Shown: piece by piece, positions 1-20,201 of the stretch | Layout of the letters: the number at the start of each line of letters is the position of its first letter | Numbering within the stretch: the stretch's first letter is position 1 | NCBI RefSeq assembly: GCF_009914755.1 | Contig: NC_060925.1 | Direction: 5' to 3' (one strand) | DNA: 64,000 nucleotides | From: the human T2T-CHM13v2.0 reference genome, Homo sapiens | Made by a program: the position numbers and the translations under genes | The notes under the pieces: generated by a model | The model's input: the letters and a program-made list of their open reading frames with translations, nothing else | Databases searched by the model: none | Told to the model about the DNA's origin: nothing

Positions 1-333
1 TGCTTTATGATAACCATTTATTAATTCAAAAAGCATTTAAGTAATCACTACAACCTAGGCTCTGCCCTCAATTCTGAGACTATAATACAACTCTCACCCT
101 GGCCTTCAAGGAGATCACAGTTTAACAAATGATGTCAGTACTGTGATAATAATAGAAGTATCTTTTACACTAAATCTTTCTCCAGTTAAAACCTGCATTA
201 TACTTAAGGAAATGGTTTTCTCTAAATATTTTTTCTGAAATACATAGAATTTTCTCATTAGTTTTATTATTGTTAACAACCACACATTGAGTGGTCAACT
301 ACTGCAGATGGAAAATACAATCATAGGCATTTA

Positions 334-850
<517 letters not shown>

Positions 851-1314
851 TACAGCATAACTTACTTGCCAATTTTGTATTGGCAAATTCGGAGTTCTTA
901 GTGTCTTTCCTTTTCCCAGTCTGTGTCCTGTCCCTTCTTCAAACAAGGGACAAGTTTATCCGTGCAATAGGAAAAAAAAAAAAATCGAAAACTATTTTCA
1001 TTTTGTCTACACAAAATCCTCAGCAATTTTCTATTTGGATTTTTTTTTCCCATTTGAAGAATCTTCTTGTTTTGCTTTATTGCCTTCAACCTGTTGTTTC
1101 CTAAGAGGAATAGCTGAGCCGACAATATTGTTCCGAGAATCACAGGATATTTTCCAAAGAGGCTTTTCTTTCATTGAAATCTCATCTTGAATCACCTCAG
1201 TAAATCCACAAACTTGAATCCCCTAGAAGCTTCAATTTAGATTAAATGTTTAAAATTCTCAAGGTTGAGGGCTGTATAAAGAGGTCTTTATTCCATGTAT
1301 CCAAAAAAATCTTA

Positions 1315-1530
<216 letters not shown>

Positions 1531-2497
1531 CTACAGTAAAAGAAATGATGGTTGTTGTATATTACTTAAATTTTTTTAGTATCACGCCACCCTGAAATGT
1601 GATATTTGACTTATACAAGCACTTTGGAATATTTGGAATTTGTTTTCCTTAGTGGGTTACTTTTCCAAGTGCTTTGTGTGACTTCCGGATTTTAAGATCT
1701 TTCCTTTTTTTTTTCTTTTTCTTTTTTTTTTTTTTTTTTTGGCTAAACCTTCAAACCCCAATCATGATAGAATAAACAAAAATATTTTGATCAATAATGT
1801 ACACACATCCAGTATGTCCTGATGATTCTGTTATGCAGTATTAGGCTTTCCTAAAGTACATATATGTTATTGAAAATGAGACAATCCAAAAAAATAATTT
1901 CAATCAATAATTCAAACTGCTTTTCCACTTCTGTTTTGAAATACACGAATATTTTTAAAAATTTATTTTTTAATTTGAGAATTTTAAGAGTTTCAACTAT
2001 TCTGAACTCTGTGCCTTTTCCCTTTCAGCCTAAAATAGCCAGTAGAGAATATAAAGGAGCTAACTCTGACAAACACTGACATAAAACATAAAAACAAACA
2101 CTGACCCAAGGGTTAGAAGCTCTTGTAAAAATTAGAGTATGCCTAATATAATTAACCAACTGTGAGTTTGTGTGTAAGGGGAAGAAAGAATATGAGTTAG
2201 GTGGTAGACCCACTGAAAATACTAATATTTCCATTCCATAAAGTTTTAACTGAGCATTTCTTTGGAAAAGCAATATTATTTTTATTAGGCAGATGGTTAT
2301 CTTTTTTATGGGAAATGAGAGGTTGCTATAAGAAGGATTAATAGGAGAAATATCACAAATGATTTAGGTTTAGGCAGGGTTGAAGCAAACTGAACTTTTG
2401 CAAAATAATTGTGAAGTTGTGTTTCTTTTCAGTTGCACATGTTGCTCAAATTCATTTGGTGTATTATTAAAATTAGTTTCTAACTATTCTAGTCTTA

Positions 2498-3036
<539 letters not shown>

Positions 3037-3199
3037 ACTTTTATATATATATATTTTAATTACCAATCAAAAACCATTTGACTATTAGTACCTGGAAATC
3101 AGACAATAACTTATTTTGCAAGAATTATAAATATGATTAGTACCACAAATGCCCTATTTTTAAATTTTTTAAAAGTATCATAACTCTATAGATTTTATT

Positions 3200-4260
3200 A
3201 ATAACTTTTTTGAGGTCTGATACACATACTATAAAAATTACTTTTTTAAGTACACAATTCAGTAAATTTTGGTATATTCACAGATTTGTGCAACTATCAT
3301 CACTATCTAATACCAAAGCATTTTATCACTCATAAAGGAAACTCCATACCCATGAGCAGTCACTCTCCATTCTTCCCTCTCATACCTCTTGGTAATCACT
3401 AATCTACTTTTTGTATATGGATTTTCCTATCCTGGACACTTTATTTAAATGTGATCATACAATATATAGCCTTTGTGTCTGCTTATTTCACTTAGCATCG
3501 TTTTTTTCAAAGTTCATCCATGCTGTAGCATGTATTAGTACTTCATTTCTTTTTGTGGCAGAATGATTCCACTGTATGGATCTACCACATTTTGTTTACC
3601 AATTCATCAACTGATGGACATTGGGTTAATTCCACTATTGGCTATTTGGAATAATGCTGCTATGAATATTGATGTACAAATTTTTGTGTGACCATGTTTT
3701 CATTTTTCTTGGGTATATTCATAGGAGTAGAATTGTTGAGTTATATGGTAACTTTATGTTTAACATTTTTCTTTTTTGAGACAAAGTCTCGCTCTGTCAT
3801 CCAGGCAGGAGTGCAGTGGCACCATCACGGCTCACTGCAGCTTCAACCTCCCAGGCACAGGTGATCTTCCCACTTCAGCCTCCTGAGTAGCTGGGACTAC
3901 AGGCATGCTCCACCACGCCCAGCTAATTTTTGTATTGTTTGTGGAGACAGGGTTTTGCCATGTTGCCCAGGCTGGTCTCAAACCCCTAAACTCAAGCAAC
4001 CCGCCTGCCTTGGCCACCCAAAGTGCTGGGATTACAGGCGTGAACCACTGTGCCTGGCTATGTTTAACATTTTCAGAAACTGCCATGCTGTTTCCAAAAT
4101 GGTTGCACCATTTTACATTCCCACCAGTGGCATATCAAGGTTCTGATTTATTCACATCCTCACCAATATTTGCTATTGTCCCTCTTTTTTATTATAGCCA
4201 TCTAGTGGGTGCGAATGGTATCCGATTGTGGGTTTGATTTGCGTTTTCCTGGTGAGTAAT
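3200..4260 (-). mobile_element. L1MB-type 3' end interrupted by AluJ (~3766-4058)
   Basis: L1M 3'UTR motifs (aagttcatccatgctgtagcatg, ttttacattcccaccag). Confidence 0.75.
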
Positions 4261-4483
4261 CTATAGATATTTAATAGACTTTGTAATGGCTTGCAAAGAA
4301 TACAGTTCAACTTCAGAATTCAATTTCATCTTACTACATGTTAATTTTATCTAGTCTTTACTTTTTACATATAAAAATGTATAAAATCTTTGTCATTTGA
4401 AGCACATTCCTGTTGATTTTTGATCTATTGCAAACATAAGAATGATCTCAAACTAGAAAAATGCAAACTAGAAACTGGAAAAC

Positions 4484-4775
4484 CGGCCAGGCACGGTGGC
4501 TCACACCTGTAATCCCAGCACTTTTGGAATGCTGAGGCAGGTGGAGTTCGAGACCATCCTGGCCAACATGGTGAAACCCCATCTCTACTAAACATACAAA
4601 AATTAGCTGGGTGTGGTGATGCGTGCCTGGAGTCCCAGGTACTAGGAAGGATAAGGCAGGAGAATTGCTTGAACCTGGGATGCAAAGTTGCAGTGAGCCA
4701 AGATTGCACCACTTTACTCCAGCCTGGGCGACAGAGCAAGACTCGGTCTCCAGAAAAAAAAAAAGAAAGAAAAGA
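4484..4775 (+). mobile_element. AluS
   Basis: Dimer with small internal deletion; TSD agaaactggaaaacc. Confidence 0.85.
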
Positions 4776-5903
4776 AACTGGAAAACCTTTTGCAAAAAGC
4801 TATTTCTATCCCAGAAAATTCTTCACTCATGAAAAAGAGAGTAAGTTTAGAATTGAAAATTTTGAAAATTTTAGGCTGTTAAAAGGATACATAATAAATA
4901 TGAGCAGTCCTGAAAGCATGAAGTTTAACTAATTTGAATATTTGTTTGCCAGAAATCTCTTGACATTCTGAGAGTTAATACATAATTTTAGCAGTTTTGT
5001 ATATTAACTGATCTTCAATAAGGATTTTATTTTAATGAACAGAAAGCCAAAAGTAAACAAAGTGTTGAATTTGCTGTCTTTAAGTATTTGGGTTTGTAAA
5101 ATACCTCTCTTAGTATCTGTGTATTTTGATCTATCACTTGCCTAAAATTTAATCTGCTAACAGGTGCCCTGTGGCAGTGGGATATGTGTGGCCTTCTGAT
5201 CTAAACAGCTAAGCTTCCCATAGATGTGGGTAACTAAGAAAAAATGTATAATGTCAGCTATTCAATTATATTACTTATTATAAAAATAGAACTATTCAAA
5301 CAATGGGCTTAATGGTTATTATTACTAAGACAGAAATGAAATTCAGAGCAAGATTTAGTAACAAGTAAATTAGGAATCTTATCCCTTGACCTTTAACTTA
5401 AGGAATTAATCCAGTAACCATTATAGCCAAGTACTAGACATTGGAGATACAAAAAGCTCTGTTGTTACTGAGTTCACGGTCAGGCTATTATTAGAAAAAT
5501 CTATTTCCATCTCTGTAAAGATCGCTAAATTCTTTCTGGTTCTGTGTTTTTATGATCTAAGTCCAGAATATACGATTTATTAATTTGGTTACCTTGAGCA
5601 AGACATCCCCCATCTGTGGGCCTTACCTATAAAATGTGAGGTTATAATTAAATGATATCTATGTATTTTCCAGCTTAAATATTCTATAATTCCTATACAG
5701 CTTTTTCTAAAAAAAAAAAAAAAAAAATTGAGAAAGGCTGTCTCCATGTTGCCCAGTCTGGTCTCGAACTCCTAAGCTCAAGCAATCCTCCTGCCTCAGC
5801 CTCCCAAAGCACTGGGATTACAGGTGTGAAGCTGCTTATTTTAATCTTGATATTCTTTCAGGTCTCTAATCGAAATTTTATAACTCTTCTAAAACCCTTT
5901 TGA

Positions 5904-6210
<307 letters not shown>

Positions 6211-6481
6211 CTACAAATTTTATTGTAGAATAAGGCCTTTTTCTGATATTGCCACACCAATCGTTACCTAAGTACTTGATTTTTTCAAGGAGCTTGGCAT
6301 CAAAAGGGAGAAAACACAATTTCTGTTTAAACTGTAGGCTTTTTTTCTTTCATTTTTTAGCTAAAGCTCTAGCCAATTTAGCTGAACGAAGCAGCATTAG
6401 ATTACATTCTTACCCTTCTTACCCCTTGCCTGTGTACTGACCCCTTTCAAATCTGCTTCTTTTGTCTACTTCCTTGCCACT

Positions 6482-6631
6482 CAGTGTGATTTGCAGAACA
6501 GCAGCATCATTGTCTCCTGGGAGCTTGTTAGAGATCCAGACTCTTGGTCCTACTCCAGACTTACTAACCCAGAAGCTATTTTAAATAAGATCCCTATGGG
6601 ATTCCTACGCAGACAAGTTTGAGAAACACTG
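6482..6631. mobile_element. MER5A-like MITE
   Basis: cagcagcatc...ctgggagcttgttaga...aagtttgagaaacactg. Confidence 0.7.
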
Positions 6632-6810
6632 GTCTATTTCAGAGCAGAGTAAAAAAGTAAGGACATTTCTTTGGGTTACCTTTGGTTGGTTTTAAATTTC
6701 TATGAATTTTCCAGTTAGCCTTTTCTCTGGTAATCAGCTTCTCTGTCTCACTTTAAAAGGTCTCTCAGATTCTTACCATTTTGCGTCAGTTATGATTGTT
6801 TATTTATTAA

Positions 6811-7116
6811 TTTTTTTCTTTTTTTTTTAAATGAGACAGTGTCTTGCTCTGACACCCAGGCTGGTGTGCAGTGGGTGTGATTGTAACTTACTGCAGCCTT
6901 GACCTCCAGGGCACAATTGATCCTCCCGCCTCACCCCTCTGCCTCCCAAGTAACGGGGACTACAGGTGCATGCCACCACGCCCAGCTAACTTTTTGTTTT
7001 AGAGATGGGGTCTCGCTATGTTGCCCAGTCTGGTCTCAAGCTCGTTGGGCTCAAGAAATCCTCCTACCTCAGCCTGCCAAAGTGCTGGGATTACAGGCAC
7101 AAGCCAGCATACCTGG
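6811..7116 (-). mobile_element. AluJ
   Basis: Diverged dimer. Confidence 0.8.
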
Positions 7117-7809
7117 AAAATTATTTATTTAGTCATATTACAGGTTTTAAACCTAACCTTTGATCTCTATATAATTTACTTTTAAAGTAGTTTATACTTA
7201 ATTTTAACCACAATCCAAGCTTTATAATACTGTACAATGATTTTACAATGTAATTGTTTTAAGATTAAGGGAAAGGTGCTTTGAAAAACTACATTACACA
7301 AATTCCATGTAATGTTTCTAAAAGTAGAAGCTGATTTTGGTCTAACTTAACTTTTGGAAATTACATTTTGCTAACAGAGAATCCTCCTCCCTAATCATAA
7401 AATAGATGATGCCAAAAAAGAACAAGCAGTAAGAAAGGGCAAGACTGCACACTCATTATTCCTATATAGAGAACTTCTGAAATTTCTGAAATTAAGTGAT
7501 TCTTAATTAATGACAAAGATCCCTTTTATCAAAACTTTAGCCAGGCTCCACATCCTCTGCTTGACCAGGATTGACCTTGGGCTTCCCTCTCTGTCCTTGC
7601 AGAATCCACTTTGAACAGGAATCTTGCTATGTCTGCACACTTACTAAAAACTAAGTGGGAAAAATTATTCCTCCCTGTCAAGATCTTTTGTTTTTACAGA
7701 TATTTAGCAACACAAATCATTGCTTATCAGTAGCTTCTTGCCCCCCACCCTCGTTTACTGGAAGAATATCAATTGCTTCCAAGTCCAAGTGTTTACCAAG
7801 TAATCCAGG

Positions 7810-9139
<1,330 letters not shown>

Positions 9140-9605
9140 CCAGGGATGAATCTTAATTTATCTAAACCAATCAGTCTCATTCCCCTAGAAGGTAACTGGG
9201 TTAGATGTGTACAAATGATCCAATTCTGGCCAATGAGAAGTGAAGGAGAGGTTTGTTAGGGACCCTCTGTGAAAGATTTCTTTACTCTTAAAGAAGAAAT
9301 AGAAAAAAATAGTTTCCACTTTTCTGAAAACATAATGATCATTGGCTGTGATGCCTGGAAGTGCATCAGTCATCTTGTAACACTGAAGGAAGCTAATCCG
9401 AGGATCAGACTGACACAGGGATTAACAGTGGAAGGTGATTAAAAAAAAAAGCTGACTTTTAAAAGATGTTGAGGCTTTGCATTGACTATCTTCAGAACAG
9501 CCTCACTTCCCTATCGCCTAAACCATCTTTAGTTGAATTTTTTGTTATTTGCTAACTGACATCGGCAAATAACATTTGCTAATTTAATGTTTAGAAAGAG
9601 GCAAT

Positions 9606-9891
9606 GGCCTGGCATGGTGGCTCATGCCTGTAATCCCAGCACTTTAGGAGGCCAAGGTGGGTGGATCACCTGAGGTCAGGAGTTCAAGACCAGCCTGGCC
9701 AACATGGTGAAACCCTGTCTCTACTAAGAATACAAAAATTAGCTGAGTGTGGTGGCATGCGCCTGTAATCCTAGCTACTTGGAAGGCTGAGGCAGGGAGA
9801 ATCACTTGAATCTGGGAGGCGGAGGTTGCAGTGAGCTGAGATCATGCCATTGCACTCCAGCCTGGGCGACAGAGTGAGTCTCCATTTCAAA

Positions 9892-9940
<49 letters not shown>
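9606..9940 (+). mobile_element. AluSx with (AAT)n tail (~9892-9939)
   Basis: Dimer with microsatellite-converted tail. Confidence 0.85.
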
Positions 9941-9941
<1 letters not shown>

Positions 9942-10491
9942 TAGAAAGAGACAATGAATGAGAATTGTATGGAACTATATGCATCTATGAGGAAAGGGAC
10001 TATTTTTGCAGGATTAGTAGAATACTTTTTGGTGACATCCAATCAGGAAAGTAGGTAAGATAAAATGGAGGCAGAGGAAATGAGAGTCAAATAAATATAG
10101 CCCAGATCAAGGAATCAAGTGATCCAGCAGCTCTGGCTAGAACACATGGCTATTCAAATAAATGAGAATCTACTGTACCTTCTACTGTCAAATGTTGTTT
10201 TAGGTCCTAGGGCATATAATGCTGAACATACAATCCTGAAAATTAGACTATATGATACTAATCAAACTTTGATGAATGTTAAACAGAGTCCTATGAGGGT
10301 ATAAGATAGCTACCATTTTCACATTTGTATTTTTTGTGACTCCTATCGCATAGACAAATTTAATTGAGTCAGCTGTTTTCTTTAAGTATATTTTGAGTTT
10401 TCAGTAAATAAAATTCTATATCAAATTCAATAACAAGGCATTTAGAATGCTCTTTTTTATGGTGATGATAATATGAATTTTCACTAATTCA

Positions 10492-10644
<153 letters not shown>

Positions 10645-13502
10645 TCATAGTCACCAACTTCATTAGGTTTTGAATAGCTGAATCATAGATACCATTTCAG
10701 AAAGGACCTAAATGTACCAGAGAAAAAAAGCAATGTTTCAGACTGTTCATTGAGTACCATAATGATCATAATAGCTAATATTTATAGAACACATTCCATG
10801 CTCCAAAAACTATTTTATATACTTTACATGCCATATCATATTTAAAAACTCTCATAAAATACTATAATATAGGTACTTTTATTGACTAATGTATAGATGA
10901 GAAAATTAAGCTTTAAAGAAGGTGAACAATTTTCTTGGGGGTCTCATATCTAATATATGATTCCTTTGTTACTGTGTATTTCATAATAATGAAAAACTGC
11001 AACTAGTCTTCATGTCCAATTATAGGAAAATGGTTAAATAATGGAGATTTTTAAAAAGACTGGAATCTTGAGATATCAATCTAATCAGGACACCATATGC
11101 ACAAGTAGAAATTCAGTTAAGTGATAATATATTGGGATTGTTTCCTTTTGTGTAAAATAAATTGCAAATGGATGACGCAGTATTAAGGATTTTGACCTGA
11201 ATCTCAGAAATGAAAGGAAAATACTCAATAATAGGAAAATGGTTATGTAAATTATGGTAGGTACATTTTATGGAATATCCTATGGCCTTAAAATAATCGT
11301 ACTGATTTTTGATCAAATTAGTAATAATAAAATAATTTGATTCACAATTATTTGAATTATTTCCTTTCAAATTCAGGAATGCAAAGACATTCACAATCAC
11401 TTCTATTCAACATTATAGGAAAACCATAAAGGAAGTAAAGTAAATAGAAAGTAATGTAGTTGGAAAAGAAAGCAATAAAATTTGCAACAACATAGGGAAA
11501 CAGACACTTTCCTTCATCAATGGTGGTATTATTATATTCTGTATGGAGAGAAACTTGGTAATACTTACTAAACTCACTAATGCTCATCCACACTAGCAAT
11601 TTATCCCTCAAATATTTTTGAAGTTATTCGCAGTGTTTTTCATAACAGCAAAATATTGTAAACAACCTAATATTTCATCGGTAAACTATAGTCTACCCAT
11701 ATCATGGGAAATTATATAGCTCAAAAAAAAGAAAAGAAAGGTATCTTATATATTCATATGCCATGATCTCCAAAATATATAACTATCCCACAGTTTATCC
11801 ATTCTAATGAATGTGAATATTTGGGTCCCAGAGCTTTGCTATTATAAGCAATAATGTTTCTAAAATTAATGTTTTTATCTTCTTGGTGTTCCAGTGGAAT
11901 TATTTCTACTGGGTACATATCTAGAATTAGAATTGCTGGATCATAGTGTATGTAAATGTTCCAATTTATAAGTCAGAGCCAAATTGTTTTCCAAATTGAT
12001 TGTGCCCATTTATACTCTTACTACCACTGTATAAGGGTCCCCGTTGATATACATCCATTACTGCATAAAGCCATATCCCAGGGTGGTCATAATTTGTACT
12101 TCCCTGATGATTAAGTGTTCCAAGTTAATATACAAAGGTTGTCCAGTTAAAGAAAAGACAAAATCCTGAGTGTTGTTTATGAGAGGCACACCTAAAAAAT
12201 AAAGGTAGAGAAAAGTGGACAGTACAAGAACAGGAAAAGATCCACTCCTAAGTATATAGAAACAGAAATGAAAACATATGTTCTCACAAAATCCTGCACA
12301 TGAATGTTGATAGAAACAGTATTCATAATAGCTAAAAAGTGGCAACAACACAAATGGCCATCTACTGATGAATGGATAAACAAGATGTGGTATATCCATA
12401 CAATGGAATGTTATTTGGCCATAAAAATGAATGAAGTATAGATACATGCCACAGTATAAATAAACCTTGAATAAAATTATGCTAAGTGAAAGAAGTCAGA
12501 CACAAAAGACCACATATATGATCTCATTTATATGAAATGTCCAGAATAGGCAAATCTGTAGATTCAAAAAGTAGCTTTGTGGTACCCAGGGGATTTGTAG
12601 AGGGGGAAATAGGGAGTGACTGCTAACTGTACAGTTTTTTGAGTGATGAAAATGTTCTAGAATTAGTGATAATGATTGTACAACTCTTGAATAAAACTAC
12701 TGAGCTGTACACTAAAAGAGAGAATTTATATATGAATTATATTTCAATTAATTTTTTCTTTCTTTTTTATATCTTTATTTCTTTCGTTTCTTCCTTCCTC
12801 CTTCCCTCCCTCCATCCCTTTCTTCTTTCTTTCTTTGCTCTTTTGAGACAGGGTCTCACTCTATCACCCAGGCTACAATATAGTGGCGGGATATGACTCT
12901 CTGCAGCCTTGACCTCTGGGCTCAAGTGATCCTCCTGCCTCAGCCTCTCAGGTAGCTGGAAGTATAGGCATGTGCCACCATGTCTGGCTAATCAATTAAA
13001 TTTTTTGAGAACTGAGGAAGATATACTATGCAAACACTAAGCAAAAGAAGGCTAGTATCAATATATTAATAGCAGACAAAATGGACTTTAGGCACAAATA
13101 CTTTACAGATATAAAAGATCAATCATATCATAATAAGAGATTTAATCCACAAGAAATATAAAACAACTTTAAACTACATGCCTCTAATAACATGGCTTCC
13201 AAATATACAAAGGAAAATTGACAGAACTAAAGGGAAAAATCAAGGAATCCAGAACTGAAGTGGGATATTTTAACAATTCTTTTAGCAATTGGTTGCACAA
13301 GCAGTTTAAAACTTAGGAAGAATACTGAAAATTTGAACCACACAATGAATAAACTTACTTAAATGATAAATAAAGAACTATATCCTACAATGACAGAATA
13401 CATAATGCTTTAAAAAACACATGGAAGAGTCACAGAAAAAAAATCTCATATTGGGGTCATAGAGCAAGTCTCAGTCAATTTCAAGGGATTAAAGTAGCAT
13501 GA

Positions 13503-13898
<396 letters not shown>

Positions 13899-14517
13899 TG
13901 AGCTACTGCACCCATCCATGAAACACACTTCTAAATAACCTGTAGTCAAAGAAGCTATCATCATGAAATTAGAAGGCATTTTGAACTGAATTAACAAAAA
14001 TACCACAAATCAAAGTGTATGGAATATAGGTAATGTAGTAGAGGGAAATTTCTAGTCTTAAGTATACATTTTAGAAGAAATGAGGCTAAAAAATTTACAT
14101 CCATCTCAAGAAGCTAGATAAAACAAACACAAAGAAAACAGAAGAAAGGGAATATTATAGATAAACACACACATGTATAAAATTTTAAAATGACACAATA
14201 GAATACAATAATAATAATCTAAAATCTCTCCACAAACAAAATGCTGGTCCCAGAGATGACTTCAGTGGAAAATTCTACCAAGCATTTGAGGGGTAAAAAA
14301 TAACACTAATCATAGAATGAACTCTTCCTGAGAATAGAAAAGAAATACTCCCCAATTCAGATTATGAGATTAGCATATGCTTGATACCAAACCCCAAGAA
14401 TGGTAATTCTAGAAAGAAAAATACAGACTAATCTCACTAACAAATATATTAACAGAGAAAAGTCCTAAACCATATACTGGCAAACCATATCTGGCAATAT
14501 AGGAAAAAGAAAATACT

Positions 14518-15483
<966 letters not shown>

Positions 15484-16360
15484 CTAGAAGAGAAAGAAAA
15501 TATGATCATTCCAATAGATGTAGAAAATTATTAAAATTTAATATCGTGATTAAAAACAAGTCTTAACATACTCTAAGTAGAAGATAATTTATTTAACCTA
15601 ACCAAGTATGTCTAATAAAAACCTGCAGCAATCATACTTGATAGTGTAACATTGAAAGCCTTTCATTTAAAATTAGTAAAAGATGTCTGCTCTCACTACT
15701 TCCATTCAATACTGTATCATGGCTCTACCCATTGCATAAAAGCAAGAAAAAGAAATAAAAGGCTTAAAGTTTGAAAAGGAATAAAAAACAAAAGGACATT
15801 TTTCATGAGTACAATTATGAACTAGAAAATCCAGGAGAATTTACAACTAAATATATAGAATTTAGCAAGACTTCTGACAAGTCAATATTTTGAAAAATCA
15901 ATTATGTGTCTATATTCCAGCGGAAAATATATATTAAGTTCTGAAAAATATACTATTTTCAATAGCATAAAAATCAAATTCTTAACAATGAACAGAATAT
16001 GTAAAACTTCTATACAGAAAACTAAAAATTAGAGTGAAATTAAAGAAGGCCTAAATAAATGAAGAGATATACATCATATTCATTGATAGAAAGACTCAAT
16101 CTGTAAAAATGTCAATTATCCCCACATTGAACTATAATCAATCTCAATACAAAATTCATTTGGAGAAGGAGAGGAGCAACCTGACAATCAGTTTCTAATT
16201 TTTAATGACAATTCTAAGGATACAAAATAGCCCAGACACTCTTGCCAAAGAAAACTAGAGTGGGAGGATTTATTTTGCATTCATCAAGATCTCTTTTAAA
16301 GCTATGGTGCTAGATAATGTTATTGGTGCAATAGAAAAACATACCAGTGTACCTGAATAA

Positions 16361-16624
<264 letters not shown>

Positions 16625-16929
16625 TGATCTTGAACTCCTGGGCTCAAGTGATCTGCCTGCCTTGGCCTCCCAAAGTGCTGGGACTACAGGTGTGAGCCAC
16701 CACACCTGGCCATGGGAATAATTTTTTAAGAGAAATTATATTGGGACAGTTGAATATCTATGTATTACCAAAATTAATTCCATGTGAATTGTAGATCTAA
16801 AAGTGAAAGTAGAAAAAATAAAGCATTTAGGTGACAATATAGGACTTATCTTGATGTCCTTAAAGTAGAGAACACTTTTTAAAACAGAATACAAAGCATA
16901 TCCATAAAGGAAAAGATATACTATATCAC

Positions 16930-17610
16930 AATATAGTTTGAATATATGTTCCCACCAAATCTCATGTTGAACTGTAATCCCCAACGTTGGAGGTGTTGGC
17001 TAGGTAGGAGGTGATTGGATCATGGAGGAGGATCCCTCATGGCGTGGTGCTGTCCTTGAAACAGTGAGTTCTTGGGAGATCTGGTTCTTTAAGTTTGTGG
17101 CACCTCCCCCTGCTCCCTCTTTTGCTCCTGTTCTGGCCTTGCGGGACGCAGGCTTCCCCCTTTGCCTTCCACCATGATTGAAAGCTCCCTGTAAAGCCTG
17201 CAGAACCGTGAGCCAGTTAAACCTCTTTTCTTTGTAATTTACCCAGTTTCAGGTATTTCTTTGTTTTGTGGTTTTTTGTTTGTTTGTTTTTTGTTTTTTT
17301 GAGACAGGCTTACTCTGCCACCAAGGCTGGAGTGTAGTGGCACAATCATGGCTTATAGTAGCCTTGATCTCCTGGGCCCCCTCTGCCTCAGCCTTCAGAA
17401 TAGCTGGGACTACAGCAAGAACCAGTGTGCCAGTTTTTTTTTTTTTTTTTTGGTAGTGACAGGATGTCTCCACATTCTCCAGGCTGGTCTTGAACTCCTG
17501 GGCTCAAGTGATCCTCCTGCATTGGCCTCCAGAAGTGCTAGGATCACAAACATGAGCTGCTGTGCCTGGCCAGTTATTTCTTTATAGCAATGCAAGAACA
17601 GCCTAACACA
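16930..17610 (+). mobile_element. MST-family solo LTR interrupted by an AluJ (~17270-17571, - strand)
   Basis: ccaaatctcatgttgaactgtaatcccc...ccatgattg...tttatagcaatgcaagaacagcctaacaca. Confidence 0.75.
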
Positions 17611-18309
17611 GATTGATAAAGTGGACTACATTACAATTAAGAACCTATTGAAAGACATCACTTAGAAAATAAAAGGAATACCATGTACATTAGTGGGGGA
17701 AGATATTGGCAATATATATAACCACCAATGGATTACATCTAGAATATATAACGAACTCCTTAAAATCAGCTGAAAAAGGCAACAGAAAATACAATTGAAC
17801 AGGAAATTTTCAAAAAATAAAATCCAAATGGTAGAACTTTCCCTGTGGAGAAAAAAAAATCCAAATGACCAAAAACATATGAAGTTGTGCTCCACCTTAA
17901 TAAAAACATAATAAGATACCAATGAACATCTGTCAGAACGGCTAAAATTCAAAAGGCTGATTATACCAAGTGTTGGTGAGAATTTGAGTTACAGAAATCC
18001 TCATGGACTCCTGGTATATTGGTGAAATTGTAAATTAGTATTAACTATTTTGAAATACTTATGTACTAATATTGAAGATAAGCACAGCTTATGATCCAGC
18101 AATTCCATTCAAAGGTATGTACCTAGAGGAAGGGTGTGTCTCCACCAGGAAACATGAACAAGACTGTTCCCAGCAATGTTTTACATGATAGTAAAAAAAT
18201 TAAAAATAAAGTAAAACAATGTTTTAAAAGCAATAGCTGGACACGGTGGCTCACGCCTGTAATCCCAGCAGTTTGGGAGGCTGGTGGATCGCTTGAGGTC
18301 AGGAGTTCA

Positions 18310-18477
<168 letters not shown>

Positions 18478-20201
18478 CTACAGACCAGACAACAAGAATG
18501 AAACTCTGTCTCAAAAACAAACAAAAAAAAGGAATGGCAGTATTCATCCATTGAATTATAAAAATAGCTAGAATTAAGGGGGAAAAAACTGTGTGACATT
18601 GGAGATATGGTGAAAAGATGAAATTTCTTCTCCCAATAAGCAAAAAGAAAGGCAGTCAGAAATTGTGTTGAGGAAGACACTGTACAAGAAAGCCACAGTC
18701 CATATATAGAGCCAACAAAATGTGGCATGATTTTTTAGCATTTATTGAAGTGCAGGAAAGGAGAATCTATTTTAACATTCTTCTTTAGTACAATGAATAT
18801 GACATTGATACTGAGAAGGAAATGTTGGCTCTGCAGAAAACAGAAATTACATAGTAAAGTCTATGTATTGGTCTTAAACTTTTGAAATAAATCAATCTAT
18901 AAAAAAGTAAGGAAGACTTATTGAGGGTTACAGAACAGAATATAAATGCCATATATCTTGAAAACATAAAAGTGACAGTACTTTTAACAGAATATGGAAG
19001 AAGGAAATAAGGAAAAGAAGTAAATGATAAGAACACCGATATCCACATCTTCGAAGTGGGGAATCAACAGATACTGTCTGTACCTTATGGAACAAGAAAT
19101 AAAGATTAAAGTATTTGCTTAAAGTTATTAAGGTAATCAAGAGAGAAGCTAAAAATAGGGATATAACTCTATGGCAGTGTAAGGGAACTTAATCCCCACC
19201 TCTCATAATGAAGCTCCACAGATGTTTAAAGTTGATTAAAAATAGCATGCAATTGTCTTTGAAAAAGAAAAAAAAGAGAGAAATATGGAGATAACCACTG
19301 AAAACTAAATTCCAAAATGGTTAAAATGATTACTTCTAGGGAGCAGGACTGGTGATAGAGAGGAATCGGATAGATAATATTGCTTTTCATTATTAACCTC
19401 TTCTAAATTATTGATTTTTTAAACTAATATTATGCAGTATATATGTGTGTGAGACAGTCAAAGAAAGAGGAGAACTATATTACAGAAAAAAGTTTAAAAT
19501 TTCAAGATTGATAAATAATTGGCATAGGCAGGAAATTGTTGAGAGAATCTCTAAGCAAGGCATGCCGAATTTACTCAGGAACAGAATGCGAGATCTCTTT
19601 GCTGTGAAGAAACCTTGGGATACATACACTGGTAATCCAACTTCCTGAGCATATTGCAACCAATTTACAATTTATTGTCTCTAATTTAAGAAAGTTTGAA
19701 GTTTTTGCTAAATACTCGAATAAAAATATTTTTGAATTCCCAAGTATCTACATGTATACATGTATTTTAGAAGACATGTAAAACAATTCATCCATTTGCT
19801 AATTCATTTCCTCATTTGCCATTAAATGTTGCTCATCCATCAGTTTTCCTATAACAACCAACTTCCCCTAGGGAAACACAAGTCAATAATGATATATTTC
19901 TTCCTCCAGCACAGGACTGCTCTCTACTCTGATTAGTACCATAATAGAAAAAAAGCACATAATGTGACAAGTGAGGTAAGCATAGAAAAGAATTGCAGAA
20001 GAATTGTTTCTTACTTCTGGGGAAATCTATCTTCCAGAGGAGCACAATTATATGAGTGACCATGAACACCCCGCAAAAAAACTTTTAAATTCTATTCCAG
20101 TTTGTTTGGACATTCCAACCAATACAGACACAGTATAGGTATCAGCAGCAATCTATTTACATGTGAAGAAGAAAGGAAAAATGTTTTTGAAAAATACTTA
20201 C

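Noticed and set aside
866-952. Two 8-bp hairpins (TTGCCAAT/ATTGGCAA; TGTCCCTT/AAGGGACA)
   Set aside because: Too short to distinguish from chance; no snoRNA or miRNA features
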